From Eledone cirrhosa (taxonomy: Eukaryota): a stretch of 64,000 bases of DNA. The position numbers were made by a program, and so were the translations under genes. Positions 51,846-64,000 of this stretch are shown here, in pieces (position 1 is the stretch's first letter; each line of letters opens with the position of its first letter). The notes beneath the pieces are model-generated. The model searched no databases and was not told the DNA's origin. It worked only from the letters and a program-made list of their open reading frames with translations. The DNA is taken from the NCBI GenBank assembly GCA_964016885.1, contig OZ024754.1:31496001-31560000 (forward strand). Reading direction: 5' to 3'.

Positions 51846-53178
51846 ACTCTCTTACCACAGTGTTTATATATATTTATCTAAAACCGCCCATCACAATTTT
51901 ATGTAAGAACTCTGTTATGTCATGTTCCAAACACCAGCTTAATAATATCGAAGTTAGAGACCCATGGGTAGACCCCGAGCAAGATGGTTGAATAACATCC
52001 ATGAGTTTGGCTGGTCACGCTTGGGGATCCAGCCGGATCAGTGGGTTCTGCTTCTGACAGGACCCACTGGAAGGAGTGTTTGAGGAGTCTGCCATGATGA
52101 CCCTCTCGAGAAGAAAAGAAAATATATTACTAAATCTTTCCAAATTTTTGATTATTTCCAGAATAATTGAACATCGTGTTCAATAATCTTTCAATAGAAA
52201 TATAGTAATGATAGGTTGATATTTCATAATCTTGGGTTGACCAACGCTTTGTCAGTGAAATTGGGTAGACAGAAACTGCACACAAGCCTGTCAACTGGAC
52301 TGTACCTGTAATCGAAACGGTTAGCACTGCCACACACAGTCACCCTGAATCCCCCTGAGAATTAAGTTAACGGTAGAGGTGTCTCTAGAAGAAGTTTCGT
52401 TTACATGTTTTTATTGATTATCGATGTGTTACGTACGTTTCACAGATGATTTGCTCAAGTTCCCTTATGGATGCTTTGGACCCGACTCCAATATCGATCT
52501 GCTCGTCAGATTTGGTGATTTAACAAAAAACAGTATTTATATATGCATACATTCATAAACACACACATACTAATTACTAATTCTTGTGAGTAAGACAAGA
52601 TGGGGTAAATCAAATCAAATCGTCGGAGACACAGAGGAGTAAGAAAAGTCATTGAGAAGGTCACAATGTGTGATGAAAGACTTTGTGACAACCAAATATG
52701 ACAACAAACATCCGAATGAATTAGTTACCTAACTATATTGCCAGCATGACCCTTCCAAAGTTTAACAATACATACATACATACATAGATACGTGATGGTT
52801 GCAAACTCTGTTAAGAGTGTTGCAATCGCTTGTCAGATTTGGTGTACGTTTAGGCTACGGCCAGCCACACGAACCTGTAACATATCCTAAACAAGCAATG
52901 CCTGTGCTTTGAAGGTTTTTTAAGTGGGGAAGCCCTTGCACTTGACCAATCCCACTCTCTGAGCATCGAAAATAATACCCGAAAAAGAGAACTGGTCAGC
53001 GTCATCGGATGCTCCCGAAGCCGCAGGTTTTTTTAGAGTTTCCCTCTCCTAGAAAAGATTAGTGACAACAACTAGGGGCCTTTCACACCGAGGTGAGAAA
53101 AAACCCCCAAAAAACTACTATTTGGGTGGCTGTTGGCTCTGCTGAGTTCCTCCGCCCTTTGCTGGGTTTTGTCAGGTC

Positions 53179-53397
53179 GCTCTCAACATGTAACCCAGTA
53201 CAACCTGTCTCTCTCAACATGTAACCCAGTACAACCTGTCTCTCTCAACATGTAACCCAGTACAACCTGTCTCTCTCAACATGTAACCCAGTACAACCTG
53301 TCGCTCTCAACATGTTACCCAGTACAACCTGTCTCTCTCAACATGTAACCCAGTACAACCTGTCTCTCTCAACATGTAACCCAGTACAACCTGTCTC
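53179..53397. repeat. 31-bp tandem repeat x7
   Basis: CTCTCAACATGTAACCCAGTACAACCTGTCT. Confidence 0.93.
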
Positions 53398-53580
53398 ATG
53401 GTCGGGTCGTCGGCGACTAAACCGGTAACCAAACCAAACCAAACCAAGCTAGCTTGGTGAGGAGGGTGATATTTGGATACCCTGCAGGATGAAATACATT
53501 TATACACACACACACACACACACTTCAAACGCATAAACACTTTCTCTTTTTCATATACACATAAACACTTCTCTTACACG

Positions 53581-53614
<34 letters not shown>

Positions 53615-55098
53615 ACACCCTTTGTTCTCTTTCATACACAAAACTAATTTGTATACATATAAACAGTTTTTGATACACATATAAACGCTTGAGGTTTTAT
53701 TTTATATACACATGTAGCCAGGTCTTTATATATATATGTACACACACACATAATCTAGTCGTTTATACAAACATATAAACACTTCCTTTCTCACACATAC
53801 ACTATCTCGAGTACATGTAAAGTTTTTCATATACATCTAAATAAATAGTTCGTTTTTCATATACATACATAAACACTTCATTTTTCACATATACATCTAA
53901 ATAAATACTTCGTTTTTCTTATACACACATAAACACTTCATTTTTCACATACACATATAAATTCTTTGTTTTTCATATACACAAACGCTTCGGTTTTCAC
54001 ACATACACATTAACACTTTCTCTTTCATATACACATAAACACTTTGTCTTTCACACATATACACACAAAAACAGCTTAACTTTCATACACACACATATAC
54101 ATAAACACTTTGTCACACACATAAACGCCTTGTCTTAACTTCCACATACACATATACATCAAAACTGTCTTTCACACAGATAAACACCTTGCCTTAAATT
54201 CTTCGCTCAAATATACATCAAAACACTTTGATTTTCATACACACATAAACAACTTGTCTTAACTGCCATACACACACATATACATCAAACACTTTGCTTT
54301 TCACACACACACATACATAAACACTGTATACACGCATACACCCACATATCTAAACCACGCAGTAATAAACGAACCAACATCAACTACAAAACTACCATAC
54401 AAAGTGTGTTTAGTTCTTGCTGTTTTCTTCCTTTATGTTTGTTTAGTGATGGGTGGAGAAGAGGGCAGTAGTTCTGACCCTTTTTTTTTCTTCAGGACCT
54501 CAAAGACTGATGAAAAGAATGGAAGGAAAGTCGGGAGTAATGACATGGTATTTGGTGTGTAGCGTTTTCCAAAAACTATAGATACCGATAAGTTTACGAA
54601 GATATTCGGCAACTTTGAACATTTGAAATCTATTTGATTATCTTACGAACATCTGCCACAATGCATATATTAATATTAACGATAACATTAACTATAAAGT
54701 AGTCGAATAAATCTGATAAATTACTCTTGGAGACGCTAAAAGGTGGACAGAGACGAATATACTTCTAAAGAATTTAACTTATAAATAACAGTCCACCGTA
54801 CTATTTGAACTGGATCGATTATAGAGAAACTATGTCTTAGTTTTGGTATACACACGCACACATATACAGGCACATACATACACACACATATACAGGCACA
54901 TACATACACACACACACACACATATATGTATATATACACATACATAAGACAGACACACACATATATATATATATATATATGTACATTTATCATATATAAA
55001 AGAACACTCGCTAAAACTGCAAAGATACTGCCACTTTTTTTCTTCAGAAAATAAAACTTTACATATTCTTCTCATTCAATTGTTTCGTCAAACCGTTC

Positions 55099-55209
<111 letters not shown>

Positions 55210-55397
55210 ATGTATATATATGTATGTATATATATGTGTATGTATATATATGTATATATATGTGTATGTATATATATGTATGTATATATATATATATATG
55301 TGTATGCATATATATGTATGTATATATATATATATATGTAGGAGGTGAGTTTTATTGTAGTACAATAAAGCAATGCAGATATCGGATAAGAAGCACT

Positions 55398-55446
<49 letters not shown>

Positions 55447-55447
55447 G

Positions 55448-55550
<103 letters not shown>

Positions 55551-55565
55551 GTATATGTATATATG

Positions 55566-55616
<51 letters not shown>

Positions 55617-56153
55617 ATGTATGTATATATATACGCGAAAAGTAAACCGAAACAACAAAACAATCCAGTATAATAAAGAAATATATATATATATATACTG
55701 TGTGTGTGAAATTTGAAAATATAGTTGCCGCAATGCCGATAACTATAAATAACAGTTGGATAAATCGCGTAAAGTACCACTGAAGAAGGAAATAAAGTGG
55801 ACAGCAATGCCTGTGGTATATCGAACCATACATCTCTCACTTTTTGTTTCAACCTCCAGGGGTACTTTACTCGATTTAGTCAACTATTATTATAGCTACC
55901 TGCCTTGTGACGACTATATTATCAAAATTCTTCCAATGCTTCGTGAATCAACCATACATAGTGGTAACAAATCACACACACAATATATATATATATATAC
56001 ACATAGACGCACACACATAAATATATATGTGTGTGTGTGTGTGTGTGTGAAAAGTAAACGGGAAAACACAAAAGACGATGAAATTCAATGAACAGATAAT
56101 ACATCAATTTAAGAATTAGGAAAACTTTATAAATATATATATATATATGAAAG

Positions 56154-56233
<80 letters not shown>

Positions 56234-56974
56234 TGTGTAATAATGAAAAGAAATAGATGTATTGTTTATACATACCAGTGAAGTCCGATGTATGTAGACA
56301 TCAATGAAAATAAGACTGAATGGAAAGACACGTGGGTATGTAAATAGATTCCAATGAAAGAATTGCCAATGTATGTATGTATATGTATGATTTATATATA
56401 TAAATATATACGTATGTATTTGTGTGTGTGTGTATAGCTATGAATGTTTATGTGTGTGCATATATATATATATAGATATAGATATATATAAATAGATAGA
56501 TAGATAGATTGATATTTTGTGTGTGTATACATATACAAATATCGATGTTTATGAATGTATGTGTGTGTATATATACATGTGTGTTTAATTGAATAGAATT
56601 AAGGTGGCTTCTGTTTGTTTTGTCCTCAGACTATCTGACAGCAGAAATGTAAAAAAAAAAAAGGTGATGAAGAGGAGAGGGAAGAGGAGGAAGTAGAAGA
56701 CCACTGGCTATCGAAACTACCCCTCTTCTCTCTCACCTATGTCTCTCCCTCTCTTTCTCTCTTACTTCACGTAAGTCTGTCTCTTTCACACTCACACACA
56801 CACACACACACAGTTCTTGCCTCCCACCACTCTCTACTACAACACAAAGACACATACATACATGTATATATATATTCACACCACACGCATACCGTTCCTG
56901 TCTCCCACCGTTCACTACAGCATAAAGACACATACATATACGTTTACACACACACACACACACACATATCTATG

Positions 56975-57010
<36 letters not shown>

Positions 57011-57106
57011 AACACACACTCCCCTCATGCTTTCCACCGCTAGCTAAAGACACATACATATACGTTTACTTACACATACACACATCTATGTTTATATATA
57101 CATATG

Positions 57107-57156
<50 letters not shown>

Positions 57157-57600
57157 GGAAAAAAATGAAACGAAATTTCATTTCTCGCTCTTAGTACGGC
57201 TGTTACTTAAATATAAGTATGTATATATACATACATATATGTATACAGACGTACAGTAGCATGTATATATATATATACATACATGCACACATATATATAT
57301 ATGTATGTATGTGTGTGTGCATGTATGTATATATATATATACATACTACTGTACGTCTGTATACATATATGTATGTACGTATACATACTTATATATATAT
57401 ATATATATATATGCAGAGGTTATATTTAATTTGTTGGGATACAACAAGCTTAAAAATATTTGTCTGTGTGTGTGTGTATATATATATACACACACAGTGT
57501 GAGTGTGTGTGTATATATATACACACACACACACTCACACCCTCTCTCCTTATGCCTCCCACCGCCTACTACAACACAAAGACGTATATATTTACACATG

Positions 57601-57647
<47 letters not shown>

Positions 57648-57730
57648 ATTTCCCACCTTTCTCTGCTACATTCACAATCTTACACATTCTAGACAAGCCT
57701 CATATCTCCCTCTATAAACACACACACACA

Positions 57731-57793
<63 letters not shown>

Positions 57794-58039
57794 ACAAACA
57801 CGTTAGCTCTCTACTCTTTCCCCACCACCACCACCCCCTCTCTCTCTCCCCATTGCTCCCCCTCTTCCTGTCTTAACTCCCACAAAGCATTTATTCCGAT
57901 CCTCCGAGGAAGTATCCGGCCCTGGAGACGTTTTTAAATCTACTTTCTATATGTCCCTGCTCCCCGGGGCCCATACACACCTCTGCAGTTGGCTAAAATA
58001 TCTTTTATTGACAAAACAGTTGATCCTTACCGTTCTTTA

Positions 58040-58660
58040 CATCACCACCTCCACCACCACCACCATCATTATCAACATCACCATCACCGCCACCATTATC
58101 AACATCATTATCACCGGCACCACCACCACTATTATCAACATCATCATTATCAACATCATTATCACCATCACCACCATCATTATCATTATCACCATCACCA
58201 CCATCGTCACCACCATCATCACTATAACCACCACCAGCACCACCACCACTATAACCACCACCACCATCATCACTATAACCACCACCACCACCTCCATCAT
58301 CACTATAACCATCACCACCACCACCACCATCATCACTATAACCACCACCTCCATCATCACTATAACCACCACCACTATCGCCATCATTACCACCACCATC
58401 ATCATCACTATAACCACCACCACCACCATCATCATCACTATAACCATCACCACCACCACCACCATCATCACTATAACCACCACCACTATCATCACTATAA
58501 CCACCACCACTATCGCCATCATTACCACCACCATCATCATCACTATAACCACCACCACCATCATCACTATAACCACCACCACCACCACCATCATCACTAT
58601 AACCACCACCACCATCATCACTATAACCACCACCACTATCGCCATCATTACCACCATCAA
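58040..58660. repeat. (ACC/ATC)n low-complexity repeat
   Basis: Recurrent ATCACTATAACCACCACC. Confidence 0.93.
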
Positions 58661-58712
58661 CCAGGAATCTTGCCATTCTACGGGATACGCGTCGTTTCAT
58701 TATCCGCGTCTT

Positions 58713-58786
<74 letters not shown>

Positions 58787-58840
58787 TAATGTATCTGTCT
58801 CACATAGTCTCTATTTATCTCTATCACTATCACTTCCCAC

Positions 58841-58876
<36 letters not shown>

Positions 58877-59152
58877 GTCACTGTCTTTCACTTAATGTCT
58901 CAGTCCCTCTCTTTCACTACATAGTTACTCTCTCTCTCTCTCTCTCTCTGTTGTCACTGTCTTTCACTAGATATCTCAGTCCCGCTCTTTCACTAAATAG
59001 TTACTCTCTCTCTCTCTCTGTTGTGTCACCGTACTTTCACTTAATATCTCAGTTCCTCTCTTTCACTACATAGTTACTCTCTCTCTCTCTGTTGTCACTG
59101 TCTTTCACTTAATATCTTAGTCCCTCTCTTTCACTAAATATCTTAGTTACTT

Positions 59153-59183
<31 letters not shown>

Positions 59184-59340
59184 TGTCCCTCACTTTCACT
59201 CAATTTCTTTGTAACTGTCTCAAACTCGCTTAATTTTTACAGACGTGAAAGGTCAAGTTAGTTTCTAATATTCAAAGAATATCGAGTTTGTTGTTTTGAA
59301 ATAAGCTAAGTTGGTGTGTGAGAGAGTGAGAGAGAGAGGG

Positions 59341-59374
<34 letters not shown>

Positions 59375-59987
59375 GAGAGTTTCAACGTTCCAGACCTGAG
59401 ATCCTTGTTTTGCTCTATGGATTATCTTGTTTCGTTTTTTTTTATGGTGGTGAGGGGTATTCATATAGAATAGCGTCGGTTATGACTGATAATAAAGAAC
59501 AGAAGACAAAGAACGTGGACATTTGTGGATATTTACTAAAACATGGCACTTCCATTTCCTAGAAGTTGGTAGTAGTGTTGGTGTTGTTGTTGATGCTGGT
59601 GTTATTGATGTTGGTGGTGTTTGTGTTGTTAATGTTATTGTTGTTGATGTTGTTGTTGGTGTTTGTGATATTGATGTTGTTATCGGTGGTGGTGATGTTA
59701 GTGTTATTGGTGGTGGTGGTGGTGGTGGTGGTGGTGATGTTGGTGGTAGTGTTTGTGTTGTTGGTACTACTTGTGTTGTTGTTGGTGGTGGTGTTTGTAG
59801 ATATTTACGAAAACATGGAACTTCCTTTTCACAGAGGTTGGTATGTATGTATGCATATGTATGTATATTAAGTTGAGGTACAACATATATAATATGTATG
59901 ATGATTGTGTTTCTCAGTAGAAAAGCTCAATGGACATTTGCCCAGAACATCAATAATCCAGATTATAAATATATAATTCAAATTATT

Positions 59988-60634
<647 letters not shown>

Positions 60635-61572
60635 ATATATATATATATAATTATGTAATGAACAACGCAATATAATTATTCCATTACTCAAGGTTTCACG
60701 AAGCGGACGATTCTAACAGAGGCATCTGAATGGAATAAATAACTATATGGTGTTGTTTATTACATAATTAAAGAGCTCTGTACTATACATAGAGCACTCT
60801 TTCCTTTACCTTTTCCACGGAAATACTTATATTATATATATACGTGTGTGTGTGTATAAAGAACAAAGATTAGCAAGGATTTTATTAAAGCATTTAATCG
60901 ATTTACGACCGTTTCGTTAGACCACAGATTCTCAACCCATTTAGGCCAAACGCCCCCTTTTATCCCTCGAAATCCCCCCCCCCCCCCCTATTTTTCCATT
61001 TTTCAATATACTACTGATTTTGATATCAGTAGATTACTAAAAAATTGATTAACAATATTCCAAAGATACCATTGCAGGCAGCTGAGAGTATAAATACATT
61101 CCTTGAAAGGAAATATATAAATTTCAAAAAAAGGAACATAAATGTTCTTTTTTATGAATAAGAAAGGACCAGTTGAATTTGTTATATTCCCACCAGGCGA
61201 TACCAGCTATTTTGAACATTTATACAAGAGCAACTCTGTCTATCCCAAGAGTGCTCTTATCTGGAAGATAGTGGCAATTATATCATTTCAAAGCTTTCCA
61301 ATTTTCCTTTTAATGAAACGGACATAATAAATGTTGATATCTAACTTGATGTCCCCTCTGCTTTGTGAGCAGAGGGTTTTTATGACCACGCGGGAGGGTA
61401 TATTTATTAGTAAATGGTAAAATATTTACAACAAATGAGTAAGTGAATTGTAGTAGATGGTTTCTAGTCCAATCAGAATGCAACTACAAATAAAAAAAAT
61501 GTTAGTTTGCTTTGTAACAATAGCATATCCAAGTTTTCGGATAAATCAACTTACTTTAACTTTGACCTCATT

Positions 61573-61950
61573 TCAATGGGACCCTTGAACTTCATGGAGT
61601 CTAGCTAACTCTTTGACGTGAGGCTGAATTTTCCTAAGATGTAGCCAGAGATCTCCTCAGCGGCTGCGAGACTTACTGTGCAGTCTGGAAACAGCACCAA
61701 ACCTCCTCTCAACTAAGTAGGAGCTTGGAAAAGGCAAAGCAAATCTCTTAGCCTCTGCATGTAGGTGTGGAAATCAACGCTGAATTTCCTCTTGCGTCCC
61801 AAAAAGGGGTTCACCTATTTTGGGAAATCTAATTTTGATCATGTCATCTGCTTGAAGTTCAATGAATTCTTCCTGAAATTTAACGTCCAAATCGTCGACG
61901 TTAGCTATGAAGGGATCTGCTATCCACATTAGGATGTCCATCGGTAATTG
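61573..61950 (-). pseudogene. hAT (Buster/Charlie-type) transposase C-terminal remnant
   Basis: Minus-strand translation WIADPF..FQEEFIELQ..FPHLHAEAKRFALPFPSSYLVERRFGAV..GDLWLHLRKIQP..QGSH*, with internal stops. Confidence 0.8.
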
Positions 61951-62182
61951 AGATCCTAAAAATGGAAAAAGCCACAGTCAACTGAATCAATGACACTTTG
62001 AGCGCAGCCAGTTAGAATCTTATCTTTCCTTCACCGATAACAATGTATTTCATGTCTGAAATTATTGACTCAACCGTAACGAGTTAACACTATGTAGATA
62101 GATCTATTTTATTCCCTATTGTATAAATAATATTACAAATAAAAAAAAAAGAAAAGAAAAGAAAAAAACAGAAGCGGGTAAC

Positions 62183-62533
62183 ACACACATCTAGGACCAC
62201 ATACAACACATAATCAGATAATACACACATCTAGGACCACATACAACACATAATCAGATAATACACACATCTAGGACCACATACAACACATAATCAGATA
62301 ATACACACATCTAGGACCACATACAACACATAATCAGATAATACACACATCTAGGACCACATACAACACATAATCAGATAATACACACATCTAGGACCAC
62401 ATACAACACATAATCAGATAATACACACATCTAGGACCACATACAACACATAATCAGATAATACACACATCTAGGACCACATACAACACATAATCAGATA
62501 ATACACACATCTAGGACCACATACAACACATAA
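62183..62533. repeat. Perfect 40-bp tandem repeat, about 8.7 copies
   Basis: ATACACACATCTAGGACCACATACAACACATAATCAGATA. Confidence 0.96.
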
Positions 62534-62678
62534 ACAGTCACTAGATGGACGATAACATAGCGACTCCGCTTTCCTTAACTCGAAGTCAAAAGGTTGTTTG
62601 GTGGGAGTTTGTTTTAAAACTAAGATGATTCTCTCTCCCCTCTCTATCTTCTCTCTCTCTCTCCCCCTCTCTCTCTCT

Positions 62679-62780
<102 letters not shown>

Positions 62781-62993
62781 ATGGGTTTTCGTTTATATAT
62801 TATTCCTCCTCTTTTAAACTTTTTACAGATTATTCGCGTCTCTGCTTATCTGAACGTGTGTCCCCACTGAAATAGGGTTTCTGGGAGGAGGGGACACAAC
62901 CCACCACTACACACACACACACACACACATATACCTTGTCTAACCTTATCTAGCTAGTCTTTTATTTATCTATTAATCTATTCCCTTATCTAT

Positions 62994-63036
<43 letters not shown>

Positions 63037-63425
63037 TCTCTCTCTCTCTTTCTCTCTCTCTCGATATATATATATATGTGTGTGTGTGTGTGGATGTGTG
63101 TCTGTCTGTCTGTCTGTCTATTCATCTGACTGTTGATCAATTTGTCTGTCTATCCATCCATCAATCTATCTACCTATTTATTTCTCTATCTGTTTGTCTG
63201 TCTATCTATCTACTCACCCCCCCCCTTACCCCCGCCGTCACGTCTTGTCTTGTAGTGTCCCATTTTTGTACGCCCCTCTTGCAAATAAAGAAAGATATCT
63301 ATTCACCCGCCCCCTTACTTCTCTCCTCCCCTATTTATTTATCTATCTACCTATCTATTCCCTTGTACATCTATCTATCTATCCTTCGAGCAACCAAACA
63401 CTATTGTCGGAGGATGTGGAGGGCA

Positions 63426-63473
<48 letters not shown>

Positions 63474-63547
63474 GGGGGGGATGCCATAAAGTTTCTGGAC
63501 AGTTTCCACAAGAACATAGGTTGTCCTATACGACCTCTTCTTGATAA

Positions 63548-63682
63548 AATAATTGTTTCTACTTTTGGCACAAGGCCAGCAAATTACCTAGTGCATTACT
63601 GGTACTTTATTTTATCGACCCCCGTAAGGGCCGTAACTCTTTGCTGCAAAGCATGGTGTCCGACCCTCTACCGATACTGCCA
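63548..63682 (-). mobile_element. Meta-like SINE, internally deleted
   Basis: Both family ends are present and the central B-box region is missing. Confidence 0.75.
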
Positions 63683-64000
63683 TGTAGGGATATGGCCCGT
63701 TCGAAACCAAGAAAATTATGCTCCTTATGTTCTCAGTTTTAATCCTTCTGGGGGTGACTTTCTCTTTTCATTCCCCCCATGAATGATAGAAGTAGCAGTA
63801 ATATGCTGTGGTTAAAATTACACCCTCCCATCCCGTCATTAGAAATATGGTAACAGAGAAAGATATGGCGTCAATGTATTACAAAAGAAAATTTATACGG
63901 AAACTTTCTCAAGATAATGACTACAATTGTTCAAAGACGGTTCCGATTTGTAGACATTGCTGGGGCAGTAAACAGGAAGTTATACACAAGTTACTATTGT

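Overview
AT-rich, microsatellite-dense eukaryotic non-genic or intronic DNA. The SINE/MITE repertoire resembles that of octopod cephalopods, which is an inference. The only clear protein-coding sequence is a young, full-length, two-ORF L1/Tx1-clade LINE (about 38946-45024). Its ORF1 has a CCHC knuckle and its ORF2 has APE endonuclease, RT and a C-terminal zinc finger; (TTA)n lies on both sides of the element. The rest is tRNA-derived SINEs (Meta-like and CORE-like), TTAA-flanked piggyBac-like MITEs, decayed Tc1, hAT and RTE remnants, many minisatellites and simple repeats. The most striking unexplained structure is a set of long fold-back elements, mostly in (TA)n tracts (for example 25603-26025, 49078-49476, 49962-50503, 60175-60634). 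Each arm carries a type I hammerhead ribozyme with covarying stems, one arm has a 70-86 nt unpaired tail, and solo tails occur elsewhere. These look like a Penelope-like, ribozyme-bearing non-autonomous retroelement system. The LINE also has a candidate 53-nt intron that would fuse ORF1 to ORF2 in frame, and a candidate -1 slip or homopolymer indel at the ORF1 start. Nearly all other ORFs in the track are simple-repeat artefacts.
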